Shown one piece after another: positions 19,932-30,066 of a DNA stretch of 64,000 nucleotides (its first letter is position 1; every line of letters starts with the position of its first letter). Origin of the DNA: a bacterium. GTDB taxonomy: Bacteria > Zhuqueibacterota > Zhuqueibacteria > Oceanimicrobiales > Oceanimicrobiaceae. The notes beneath the pieces are model-generated. The model saw only the letters and a program-made list of their open reading frames with translations, was not told the origin of the DNA and did not search any database. The translations under genes and the position numbers were made by a program. The stretch is taken from contig JBBIIG010000016.1 in the NCBI GenBank assembly GCA_037446635.1, positions 14,065-78,064 on the forward strand, written 5' to 3'.

Positions 19932-20243
19932 CTATTTTCCATTCCATTGAAATTTCTGCAAATCTACTTGGCCGCTGCGGTTGAATTTCACGCCTTCTTT
20001 TTTGAGCAGCGCCGCTTGCAATTTTCTCTTCGCTTCTTCATCAAAAGAACTGCGGCCGCTGGCGTTGATGACCCGCTGCCACGGCAGGTCGAGTTCTGGC
20101 GGCGTGTTGTTGAGTGCCCAACCCACGGCACGCGCGGCGCGCGGCTTGCCGGCCAACGCCGCGATCTGGCCGTAGGTCGCCACTTTTCCTTTTGGAATTT
20201 TTTGGATTATTTTATAAATTCGCTCGAAGAAATCGGATGGCAT
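19932..20243 (-). CDS. Alkyltransferase-like (Atl/YbaZ) MGMT-family DNA-binding protein
   Basis: IPKGKVATYGQIA, ARAVG, PWQRV (Trp in place of the catalytic Cys of PCHRV). Confidence 0.88.
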   Translation of the reverse strand: MPSDFFERIYKIIQKIPKGKVATYGQIAALAGKPRAARAVGWALNNTPPELDLPWQRVINASGRSSFDEEAKRKLQAALLKKEGVKFNRSGQVDLQKFQWNGK

Positions 20244-20352
20244 TTCGTTCCTCGTCGCAAGATAATCATTACCTGATTTTTAAGCAAGAATTCTATTTCA
20301 AATATCGTTTCTTCCATGAAAATTCGTGTCCATCCGTGGTACGTTTTTTATT

Positions 20353-21777
20353 ATGAAACAATTTGAGCCCGAATCCAAACCTCTGCTTTATCGCCTCATC
20401 CGTGTGATCGTCAAAATCGCCATGGCGATTTTTTTTCAGAGGATTGAATTACGCAACGGCGAAAACGTGCCGGCGCGCGGCCCGGTGGTGTTCGTCGCCA
20501 ATCACCCCAACTCGATCATGGACGCCCTGGTGATGGGCGCCGTGACCCGCCGCAAAGTCAATTACATCGGCCACGCTGGACTCTTTTCCAACAAACTCAA
20601 ATCGTGGTTTCTGAGAAGCTGCGGCGTCATTCCGGTGTATCGCCGCGAAGACGCGCCCGATAAAATGGAGCAGAACATCGCTGCATTTGAGGCTTGCTTT
20701 CAGGCATTAGAAAAGGGTGAGACCATCGGCATTTTTCCCGAGGGCACCAGCGATATGCTGCGCAAAGTTAAGCGCGTGAAAACCGGTGCGGCGCGCATCG
20801 TGTTGGAAGCTGAGCGCCGCAACCATTACCAGTTGGGTGTAACCGTGCTGCCCATTGGACTCTACTTTTTCTCGCGCAGCCGCTTTCGCAGCAAAGTGCT
20901 GGTGAACGTCGGCAAGCCGATTGACCTCGCGCCATTTTTCGAGATCAACGAGCGCGACAACCCGGCAGCGGTTCAGCAGCTCACCGCGGAAATTCAGCGC
21001 CATCTCGAACGGCTCACCGTCAACATTCAGCATGAGGAGCTGGATCAATTCGTGCGCGACATCGAGTGGCTCTACCGCGATGAGTTGAAAGCCGAAACCT
21101 TCCCCGATGTGCGCTCGCAAAAGAGCGCGACCACAGATTTTATTCTCACCCAGAAAATCGCCGAGTGCGTGGAGTATTATTTCATGCATCAGCCGCGGCG
21201 GGTGCGCGACATGCAGGAAAAAATCAGTGCATACAAGCGAAAGCTCAATCGGCTGCATCTCAAAGACGCCATGCTCAAGGAAAAGCAAAATTTCTGGCAG
21301 CTTTTCCGAGAGAGTTTGGTGACATTGGTGAAGGCGCTGGTGGGTTTGCCATTCGCCGTTTATGGAGTGGTTAACAATTTTATCCCATATTTGATTGCCG
21401 AAAACCTCGCGAAAAAATTCATCGATGAGCGCACGAAAATTCTCTCGGCGCTGTTCATCGGCGGCGGGCTGGTGTTCATTTTTTTCTACGCGGTGCAGGT
21501 GTTCGCTGTCTGGTATTTCAAAGGGCCGCTGTGGTCCTCACTTTATTTGTTGACCCTCCCGATCGCTGGACTCTTCGCACTGGCTTACATTAAAGACATT
21601 CGGCAGGAGCAGGAGCGCATCAGCTTCTCGTTTTTCTTATTCACCAATCGCCAGTTGTTTTACAAAATGCGCCGCGAGCGCAAGCTGCTCATCGCCGAGA
21701 TGGATCAGATCAAAGAGGAGTATTTGAATTTGACAGGCCTGCAGGAGCAGACCAACACGTTGACTACCTCGGGGTGA
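20353..21777 (+). CDS. Lysophospholipid/glycerol acyltransferase (PlsC family) with C-terminal TMs
   Basis: ANHPNSIMD (HX4D), IPVYR, IFPEGTS. Confidence 0.88.
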   Translation: MKQFEPESKPLLYRLIRVIVKIAMAIFFQRIELRNGENVPARGPVVFVANHPNSIMDALVMGAVTRRKVNYIGHAGLFSNKLKSWFLRSCGVIPVYRREDAPDKMEQNIAAFEACFQALEKGETIGIFPEGTSDMLRKVKRVKTGAARIVLEAERRNHYQLGVTVLPIGLYFFSRSRFRSKVLVNVGKPIDLAPFFEINERDNPAAVQQLTAEIQRHLERLTVNIQHEELDQFVRDIEWLYRDELKAETFPDVRSQKSATTDFILTQKIAECVEYYFMHQPRRVRDMQEKISAYKRKLNRLHLKDAMLKEKQNFWQLFRESLVTLVKALVGLPFAVYGVVNNFIPYLIAENLAKKFIDERTKILSALFIGGGLVFIFFYAVQVFAVWYFKGPLWSSLYLLTLPIAGLFALAYIKDIRQEQERISFSFFLFTNRQLFYKMRRERKLLIAEMDQIKEEYLNLTGLQEQTNTLTTSG

Positions 21778-21785
21778 AATGCTGG

Positions 21786-21854
21786 TGTCATTCAGGAGGA
21801 ATCCTTTTTGTGAACAGCCGGGTCGTCAATAAAAAAGGTTCCTCCTGAGTGACA
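21786..21854. repeat. Intergenic inverted repeat (TGTCATT type)
   Basis: tgtcattcaggaggaatcc ... ggttcctcctgagtgaca. Confidence 0.65.
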
Positions 21855-21888
21855 TTCAGATTTTGATAACTTAACTAATCTTCAAATT

Positions 21889-22638
21889 ATGAACTTTTTT
21901 GGAAATCACTCAAGTCTTGGCCAAATTTTTGACGGCATCACGCTGCAATCGCTTTTGGGCGATCTCAGTCACGCCGTGGCACCGGAGCGGCTGGGTCCGA
22001 AAGTCACCGAGCGGGTGATTTGGCGCGCCGTCACCGATGAGCGCAAAATCGCGCTGACGTTTGACGACGGCCCGCATCCGCTTTACACGCCGCAATTGCT
22101 GGAAATTTTTGAGAAGCATTCCGCGCCCGCGACGTTTTTTCTTGTTGGAAAACATATTGAACAAAATTTTGGATTGGCGCAGCAAATTGTCCAACAAAAA
22201 CACGAAATTGCCAATCACACCTTCACTCATCCGCTGATGTTCAAATTGACAGACGAGCAAATGCGCGATGAGATTTCCCGCACCGACGCGCTGCTGCGCC
22301 AGCTCGGCAATTCCGCGCCAAAGTTTTTGCGGCCGCCGGTGGGACTGTTTTCCAAACGAGTGTTGAATATTGTGGAAGAATGCGGTTACCGTACCGTGGT
22401 GGGAGATGTTTATCCCCGCGACCCGCACCTGCCCGGCACAAATCGAATTGTGTCGCGCGTGCTCAGCCGCGTGGTCACCGGTTCGATTGTGATCATGCAC
22501 GACGGTGGCAACAGCGAACACGTGGATCGCTCGCAAACCATCGCCGCGGTGCAGGCGTTGCTTCCGCAGTTGCGAGAGAGAGGATTTGAGTTTGTGCGGT
22601 TGTCAGAGTTGGTGGGTAGTAAGTCTCAGGTTTACTAA
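21889..22638 (+). CDS. Polysaccharide deacetylase (CE4/NodB)
   Basis: LTFDDGP, NHTFTH, LRPP, IVIMHDG. Confidence 0.92.
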   Translation: MNFFGNHSSLGQIFDGITLQSLLGDLSHAVAPERLGPKVTERVIWRAVTDERKIALTFDDGPHPLYTPQLLEIFEKHSAPATFFLVGKHIEQNFGLAQQIVQQKHEIANHTFTHPLMFKLTDEQMRDEISRTDALLRQLGNSAPKFLRPPVGLFSKRVLNIVEECGYRTVVGDVYPRDPHLPGTNRIVSRVLSRVVTGSIVIMHDGGNSEHVDRSQTIAAVQALLPQLRERGFEFVRLSELVGSKSQVY

Positions 22639-22660
22639 ACCTTCACGGTTTAGTAAACCT
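22628..22660. repeat. 33-bp nested palindrome (15-3-15)
   Basis: aggtttactaaacct-tca-cggtttagtaaacct; near-identical to 55777-55809. Confidence 0.8.
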
Positions 22661-22664
22661 GTTG

Positions 22665-22898
22665 TTATTTTGCGAGCCGGAATTCTGCATCTACCGGCAA
22701 GGAAAACAGCTCGCTTCGCAATAACCGTGTGGAAAAGAACAAAACCTCCAAGTTCTCGATTTCACCCGTCGTAGGATTAAATCTGGCAATAATTTCATCC
22801 CCCAATTCGTCTGATTCCTGTTCCGCATACGGCGCGACTTTATTAATGTAAAGGATGTCTGCCTGGCGGTCGTAGTTAAATGTCAGCTTTTTGTCCAT
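22665..22898 (-). CDS. DUF2283-like putative antitoxin
   Basis: YDRQADILYI, GEIENLEVL; ATG 22898 overlaps upstream gene. Confidence 0.75.
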   Translation of the reverse strand: MDKKLTFNYDRQADILYINKVAPYAEQESDELGDEIIARFNPTTGEIENLEVLFFSTRLLRSELFSLPVDAEFRLAK

Positions 22899-23209
22899 AC
22901 AACATCTCCGTGTGTAAGTTTGCGTGTAAGATATGCGGTTATAATCCAATGTCGCTTTATTGGAAAAGATTCGCTGATAATTACGACGACAACGAATTTG
23001 CCGTTTTGAACTTGCTCAAACCATTTGCAAAATAACTGTGCATTACTAAAGCGTCTGCTGCGACGAACATGATCTGGATTCATGATGGTTTCAGAAAATT
23101 CTTTTTCATGAGCTGGCAGAAAATCTGGATGAGTATTGGCAATTTGCTGTTTACGTTCAGTTGTGAGTTCTACCTCTGTTTGCAAAAATGGGCAATTGAT
23201 TAATTCCAT
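22883..23209 (-). CDS. Putative RNase-fold toxin partner of DUF2283 gene
   Basis: LTTERKQQI..HP, ETIMNPD, VVVV, WIITAY; small overlapping gene pair; AT-rich. Confidence 0.6.
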   Translation of the reverse strand: MELINCPFLQTEVELTTERKQQIANTHPDFLPAHEKEFSETIMNPDHVRRSRRFSNAQLFCKWFEQVQNGKFVVVVIISESFPIKRHWIITAYLTRKLTHGDVVWTKS

Positions 23210-23316
23210 TTTTTTTGGCGATAATTTAAATACTAATCATAACGATTGCAATCAGATTTACTGTTTTCGCGCACCTTTGCTCATTTTATTTTGAAAATTT
23301 TTGCGTGCCGCTGCGA

Positions 23317-24426
23317 TCACAACATTTTTCCCCGGCCCGCAATTTTGAAAACCTGCTCCACCCGGCCCGTACGAACGCCGTACATTTCATCGAATTGGTT
23401 CACCACTACACAGGCGTGATTGGGGAGGATGCGCACTTTTTCGCCGATTTCAAAACGAGCGTCCGATTCGATGACGCCGTGTTCTTCCGAAAGCCGAGTG
23501 ATCGCGACTTCTTTCTCAACGACCCAGCCGTAGCCGCCCTCTTTGCCGCTCCGTCCGCGCGGATCGGAAGTGAACGCTTTTTTGCCGGCGTCAATTACCG
23601 CGCGATGTTTTGATGGGCAACTAATCACGGTTGCCAGCACCGCGAGTGCACAATCGTCCAACTCACAGGCGAAAAGATCGACTTGCGTCAAATCATAAAA
23701 CACGTACGTGCCCGGGCGAATCTCGGTGACGCCCGGCGCCGCTGCGCAGTACCGCGCCGCCGGCGTGGAACCGACGCTGACCGTCTCGACCGGGATGCCG
23801 TTTCGCCGCAACCGTTCCGCGGTTTCCACCATCACGCGGCCTTCCTCGCGGCCAATTTTTTCGATGGCCTCGCGGCTGGTTTGATTGTACGCGTGGCCGC
23901 CGTGCGTCATCAGTCCGCGCAGAGTCAGTTGTTTGAATTGGACGAGATTGTTTGCCAACTGCAGCGTCTCTTCGCCGGGCAAAACGCCGGCGCGATTTTG
24001 TCCGCAATTGATTTCGATGACAACTTCGAGAGTTTGGCCGGCTTGCCCGCCTCGGCGGGCCTGCGCCAGCGCGGCGTTTAAACTCTGCGCGCCGAAGACG
24101 CTGTCCACCGCGGCGCAGACTTTTGCTTTTGTTGAAAGCTCAATCAGCCGTTTGAACTTTTGCTCGCCGATGATCTCGTTGGCGATGAGAATGTCGTCGA
24201 TTCCCGCGGCGGCCATTGCTTCGGCCTCGCCCAACTTGGCGCAGGTGATGCCGGACGCTCCGGCCGCAATCTGCATTTTGGCGATCTCCGGGCACTTGTG
24301 GGTTTTGGTGTGCGGACGCAAATTGACGCCGTGGGATTTGGCCAGCGCCGCCATGCGCGCGATGTTGGCCTCGAGGCGATCTAAATCAATCAATAAGGCG
24401 GGGGTGTCGAGTTGTTGGAGATGCAT
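23317..24426 (-). CDS. Fold-type III PLP enzyme (D-threonine aldolase/DSD1-like)
   Basis: TPALLIDL, RPHTKTHK, GSTP, EIRPGTYVFYD, LSEEHG, PNHAC. Confidence 0.9.
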   Translation of the reverse strand: MHLQQLDTPALLIDLDRLEANIARMAALAKSHGVNLRPHTKTHKCPEIAKMQIAAGASGITCAKLGEAEAMAAAGIDDILIANEIIGEQKFKRLIELSTKAKVCAAVDSVFGAQSLNAALAQARRGGQAGQTLEVVIEINCGQNRAGVLPGEETLQLANNLVQFKQLTLRGLMTHGGHAYNQTSREAIEKIGREEGRVMVETAERLRRNGIPVETVSVGSTPAARYCAAAPGVTEIRPGTYVFYDLTQVDLFACELDDCALAVLATVISCPSKHRAVIDAGKKAFTSDPRGRSGKEGGYGWVVEKEVAITRLSEEHGVIESDARFEIGEKVRILPNHACVVVNQFDEMYGVRTGRVEQVFKIAGRGKML

Positions 24427-24661
24427 TGCATTGAAAATTTTGGTGTATTTTAAGGAAGATTGGCAGGGAAAGCAAGAGAAAAATTCACCTTGATTTTCTG
24501 CTTTTTTCGATTAGATTGACGGGTGTTGGGAACGAGCCTCTGATACCAGTTCCGGATTCTCTAAGCTGTGCGAGTTCTGAAGTTTCACTCTCTCCTGAAT
24601 ACGGTTACACAGCTTGCCTCCTACATACTTTTTTCCAAAATCATTTTCGAGGAGATATGTC

Positions 24662-26482
24662 ATGTTTAAAAAAAATCTTCTCGTGAGTTTTGTTCTATTA
24701 GTTTCATTAGGGCTATCACCAGAAATTCTCGCCCAGCCGCAATTTATCACCTCACTTTACCCACCTCAACACGGTCTCAACATTCCTATTGATGCTGAGC
24801 TGCGTGTGGGGTTAAACGCCGCTTTAGATCCGATTTCTATCTCGGATTCGTCGATCTATGTTTGGTCAGACATTACCGGTCTGCACAGACTAACAGTTAC
24901 AATGGAGAACGGCGACAAGGATTTGCGCATCGTGCCACGCCACTGGCGTTTGAATGCCCGCCCGCCTTTCAACGCCGGTGAGCGGGTAACGGTAACACTG
25001 ACAACTCGTTTACGCTACGCCGACGGCCAGCCGTTTGAGGGATTCACATGGCATTACACGGTAGCGACACGACAGAATTTTGGCGGAGATTTCAGGCCGG
25101 AGGCGGTCTTCGGAGGTGTTCTTTCAACTAATTTTATTGTTTCAGATTTCAATGGAGATGGCTCGCCTGACTTGATAGGCAATGCTGACATTGATTCGAA
25201 GATGCTGGTTTATTTTAATGATGGTTCAGGTATTATTCGATTCGACCACACCGACGATCCCATTAGTCCCGATACGGAGACTGCAGACCTTGACCGTGAT
25301 GGAGATCAAGACATCCCTTATACTGGCAATAGTTCTATCTTGAATGATGGGCTCGGCAATTTTTTTGAAAAGCAATTCCCTTTTATGTTAAATGGCTTTG
25401 CTAAAGCCCATGACTTCAATAATGATGGAATTATAGATTTCGTTATTGGAAGTGTTATCTCTGATACCCTTTATTTCGGCCTTAGTCAGGGCGGAATTTC
25501 TTTTAATGTTCTCCTGAAGTTGAAGCCTCCAATTCCTCAGCCTACCTTTTATCGCCCCGGCCTTTCTTATGACCTAAACAATGATGGCAGGATCGATTTT
25601 CTCTACGTTGGTGGGTTTATCGATACGATTCCCGGCTTTGCAAGTTTTGAAGCAACAGCAGATAGTATGCGCATATTACAAAAACTAGAACTTCCTTTTG
25701 AACAAAGCAGCTTTTTTGGTAATGATTTTGATAATGACGGCGATATCGATTATGCTTTTGTTCCGGGAATGTCAACTTTTGTTTCCGGGGATAAAAACAG
25801 ATACGTTACATTCTTTAACGATGGAACAGGACAATTAAGGCCGACTGGATTGCAGCGGGATAGCACAGATGTGCGACTGGCCGAAACCGTGGAGGGGGGG
25901 GACTTTGATGGCGACGGCGATATTGATTTAGCCTTTGCCAGTAGCAATCTAATATCGGCAATGCCTGAAACATACGAGCCGGACATTTCCATCTTTATAA
26001 ATGACGGAGATGGTAGGTTTTCATTAGCCAGCCGTGTGTCTCTGCCATTTAATCGCCCCCTCAGCCGGGGGCTTCGTGCTATCGACCTTGACCGCGATGG
26101 AGACCTCGATCTAATAGGTGTTGCCAACGGGTTATTTTTCGTTGTGGCAAATGGCAGTTATGCGACCGATGTCATTGAAGAACCATTTGTCCAAATGCCA
26201 AGTCAATTCTCAATCGCCCCTATTTATCCTAACCCTGTTAGAAATTCTGCAAATATTGAGTTGAGTTTGCCAAAGGGTGGAAACAAAACAATTACCATTG
26301 CAATTTTTGATGTCAAAGGTAGGCGAGTTCGTAGTTGGCAATTTGACCGTCCCGGAGAATCACTTCGATTCACATGGGATGCTCGCAATCAAACGTCAAA
26401 CCTCTTGCCCAGTGGGGTCTATTTTGTTCAGGCCCGAATGGGCAGGCTGTTCACGGTGCGAAAGCTTGTGCTATTGAAGTAA
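24662..26482 (+). CDS. Secreted Ig-like + FG-GAP/VCBS repeat protein with C-terminal FlgD/T9SS-like domain
   Basis: Signal peptide; DFNGDGSPDL, DLDRDGDQD, DFDGDGDIDL repeats; YPNP..SGVYFV tail. Confidence 0.85.
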   Translation: MFKKNLLVSFVLLVSLGLSPEILAQPQFITSLYPPQHGLNIPIDAELRVGLNAALDPISISDSSIYVWSDITGLHRLTVTMENGDKDLRIVPRHWRLNARPPFNAGERVTVTLTTRLRYADGQPFEGFTWHYTVATRQNFGGDFRPEAVFGGVLSTNFIVSDFNGDGSPDLIGNADIDSKMLVYFNDGSGIIRFDHTDDPISPDTETADLDRDGDQDIPYTGNSSILNDGLGNFFEKQFPFMLNGFAKAHDFNNDGIIDFVIGSVISDTLYFGLSQGGISFNVLLKLKPPIPQPTFYRPGLSYDLNNDGRIDFLYVGGFIDTIPGFASFEATADSMRILQKLELPFEQSSFFGNDFDNDGDIDYAFVPGMSTFVSGDKNRYVTFFNDGTGQLRPTGLQRDSTDVRLAETVEGGDFDGDGDIDLAFASSNLISAMPETYEPDISIFINDGDGRFSLASRVSLPFNRPLSRGLRAIDLDRDGDLDLIGVANGLFFVVANGSYATDVIEEPFVQMPSQFSIAPIYPNPVRNSANIELSLPKGGNKTITIAIFDVKGRRVRSWQFDRPGESLRFTWDARNQTSNLLPSGVYFVQARMGRLFTVRKLVLLK

Positions 26483-26518
26483 GCTTTTGGGATTATTTAG
26501 ATTAAAGGGAGGTGTGCT

Positions 26519-29500
26519 ATGTGCAAAAGAATTATTTTATACTGCCTTGTCATGCTAAGTCTTCCCTTGGCAAGCGTTCAAAATGGTCTAGCACAGTCTG
26601 TGTTTCGTCTCGGCGCCTGGTGCTTTCGTACCGGGGCGCTACCGGAGCCAATCTACGAACAAAGCCCTGGAGTTTGGCGTGTCAGAGGCTCCGAACGTGA
26701 CAGACTACTCGACCTCGGCTTGAACTACTTTATCGCCTGCACTGGCCTGAATGCTGAGCAAGCCATGGTTTTCATGGGAGATTCGCTAGCTTTGGCGCCG
26801 TCACCCAAAAATTTCAAAAACACATTAGAATGGTCCCCGGCCAATGCATCGTCGGCGACGCCATACCAGGTTTGGGATACAATTAGTCAACCTGGCGGCC
26901 CCGGTGATCCCGTTTGGGAGGCAAGAGTAAACAATGGTTACATTTCAATGAATACGCTGTATTCTGCCCATGCAGGACTTCACAGTTTCGTTTCTGGCGG
27001 CGAAAGAAACCTTCATCTTACTGATTATCATCCATGGGCGGAGTATATTTCTAATTCCGTTCATGTTAATGCTCCGGGGGTACAAGCACTTGTGCAAACG
27101 TGCCCTTTTGCGCCGGGAATTTTAAACTCTTTATTACAAACAGTTGCCAGCTTGGATATCTTCATGCATTGCAACTACCCTTTTCCTACCGGTACCCCGA
27201 GCAGCGGAAGTACCTTCCAGGACGCGCTGCAGTCATCGGCTAACCAGTTTTCCGAAGCCGCAACCGCAGTCAAGACGTACCAATCTGCCACACCTTTCTA
27301 CGCTATCATCCAAGCTCATAGGGCACAGGGTACCTTTAATTACCGCGCCCCAAGCTTGGAAGAAATTCTTTGCCAGATCAATCTCGCGCTGGCTTATAGC
27401 GCGAAAGGAATAGTTTATTATTTGTATGTTAGAGTTGGGTCCGCCAACAAATTTCCAAGAAGGGTTACTCGACGTCAACCGAAACCCTACAGCACAATAT
27501 GTTTCCGTACAAGCGATTCACAATAACTATCAAAGTACTGGCCAAAAACTCGTTGATATCGGCGCCAATTTTCTAAATCTCACCTGGCAAGCTGGCTTTT
27601 CAATTCATCAAAACACTACAGAGCCCATTAGCTCAAGTGCCAGTTTGTACGATGTCCAGGCCAGACCGCCCGGCGGCAGTTGGGATCTGGGTTCAGAAAC
27701 TTATGTCGAAGTGGGGCATTTCAAAGACGCCAATAACTTGGATAATTACCTGGTGGTCAATCGCCGCTGCACAACCACTGAAACCCGTGAGATCACCGTG
27801 AAATTTCTGAGCGTCGCAAACAATGCTTATTTAGTCACAGATGTTTTTGCTGCCACTCAAACGATCTATCAAACCACCGGAACAAATTTTTCTCACACGT
27901 TTACTCTGGGCCCCGGGGAAGCCAAGCTGCTCAAGCTCCAAGACCTTTCGAAATCAATTGATGCCGATGCCACCGCCCATAACTCAGGCCGGCGTCTCGT
28001 CAGAGATAGCGCTGGAAATTATCATCTGGTTTTCGGATCCGGTGGAGAGATTTTTTATCGTAAAAATGTTTCAGGAGCTTGGCAAATTACACGGCAGTTA
28101 AGCAGCGGCAACGGCGGCAACAAGTATCCCTCCATCACCGAACGCGGCGGCAAAGTCTTTGTCACCTGGCAGCGCAAAAACGGCAGCACTCACGATATTT
28201 GGTTCCATCGCAGCGATGATAGCGGCTCCTCGTGGCCTACTGCTAACCGAAAAGCGCTGGCCACCAGTGTGGGTTCCTCGGATCCGCTGCCGGTTATCAC
28301 CAGCCACACCACCAACAATCTTGTGGTGGTCTATCGCAAAAATGGCAATCTGGAATCCAAGCACAGCACCAACAACGGCGACAGTTGGCCAACCACCAAA
28401 AGCATTACCGGTACCACACTCACTTCTCCAACCGTGACCAACACCAACCCTAGTACTCCCACCACAGCCCTGGCCTACGGCAGTGGCGATAATCATGTTT
28501 ACTATCGTTACTACACGGGCAGTAGTTGGAGCAGCGCAACCAACTTGTCCAGCATCGTTCCCGGCACGGCCGTGCATCAGACGCCCTCGCTGGCAAGCCA
28601 GGGAGCGATTTCGAATAACCTGCACGCGGCGTGGCATCGCAAAACCGGCAGCGGTTCCAGTGCCACCGACCATCGCATCATTTATCGCAAATCCACCGCC
28701 TACAATAGTTGGCCTGCGCAATATACCCAACTCAGCACTCAGGATCAGCAGCGCCCCACGGTTGCGGCCTATGCCGCCAATAGTATCGACGTGGTTTATG
28801 AAACTTCGAACATTCCTCCTACCAATACTTTTATCATGAAACAGCACTACAACGGCTCGAGTTGGAGCATCCCCCTCGACGCCGGCTTTGGCAGCTATCC
28901 CTCGGTTTCAAGTGGAAGTACTCAAGCGAAATACGTTTGGACCAGTGTGGGAACGGCGCCCTATCTCATCAATCTCAGTTCAGAAACGCTCAGCAAAGAC
29001 GGAGATGGCGAGTTCTATTACGAGCGCCAGATTTCCTGGCTCGATAGCTTGGGTTCGCACCTGACGGTGCGGGTAAAAAATCTGAGCTTAAAAAACGCGA
29101 AAGGCGAAACACAAGTTCTATTGTTGCAGCCGGTGTCGTTGGATACGGTTGCGGATTTCACTCCCGCCAACGCCTTTGATTTTTTGGTCTCTGCGCCGAT
29201 CATATTGCCGGCGGATGCCGAAAGTCTGGTGGTGGATTTGACTTTGTGGGCGGAGAATGCAGAGAAAGTGGGATCGGGCAGCAGCCCGAAGCTCGCAGTA
29301 GAATTCAAAAGCGATGATGAGCAGTCGTTGCGCAAGATGGACGGCCCCGAGTTTTCCGCCACCGGCGCCATCGCCGAAACCGAGCTGCGGGTGGCCGTTC
29401 CATTAGAAAACGTTAAGCAATTGGCCGATTCCAAAAACGTGCAAGCGCTGGTGCGAGTCGAAGGATTGTCTCCCGTTGCGGACGTGTTTGCCAGCTTGGG

Positions 29501-29858
29501 ACATATTTACGATTTCAACAAGTCGGTGGAAAAAAGCTCGCTCAGCCAGCAGAGTGAAAGCACAAATGGGCAAATCCCCGCCGCGCTTGCTTTATTACAG
29601 AACTACCCCAACCCCTTCAATCCGGAAACCATCATCAAGTATCAAATCACTTCGCCTTCCGCGGTTTCTCTCAAAATCTACAACCTGCGGGGTCAGTTGG
29701 TGCGCACGCTGGTAGATGCCGTTCAAAACGCCGGCAATTACGAAATCCTTTGGGACGGCCGCGATGATTTCGGCAACGAGGTGGCATCGGGAGTGTACCT
29801 GTATCGCTTGCAGGCCGATGAGAGCATGGCGGTGAAAAAGCTGACGCTGCTGCGCTGA
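26519..29858 (+). pseudogene. Large secreted protein (GH-like N-terminus, Asp-box repeats, FlgD-Ig C-terminus) split by a +1 frameshift near 27425
   Basis: ORF 26519-27526 has the signal peptide and ORF 27426-29858 the QNYPNPFNP tail; they overlap in adjacent frames; SDDSGSSW and STNNGDSW Asp-boxes. Confidence 0.65.
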
Positions 29859-29868
29859 TTATTTTTTC

Positions 29869-29902
29869 ACCCTTGCGAAGGATTGCAAACCTTCGCAAGG
29901 GT
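29869..29902. repeat. Nested palindrome (15-4-15)
   Basis: acccttgcgaaggat-tgca-aaccttcgcaagggt. Confidence 0.7.
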
Positions 29903-29912
29903 CTTTGCACCC

Positions 29913-29950
29913 AAACCCCGGAGACAAACAGACTCCGGGGTTTTCTTTTT
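29913..29950 (+). terminator. Rho-independent terminator
   Basis: aaaccccggag ... ctccggggttt followed by T-run. Confidence 0.8.
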
Positions 29951-29956
29951 CATAGC

Positions 29957-29985
29957 TTGATTATCTTGGCGAGTATGTTTATATT
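29957..29985 (+). promoter_or_regulatory. Sigma70-type promoter for ftsH
   Basis: TTGATT-N17-TATATT. Confidence 0.65.
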
Positions 29986-30066
29986 CAGCCGTCACGAAAA
30001 TTGGTGCGTGAAATGAACGGCAAAAAAAATCAAAATAAAATTAATTAGAGGAAGCTGAGCTTCTCG

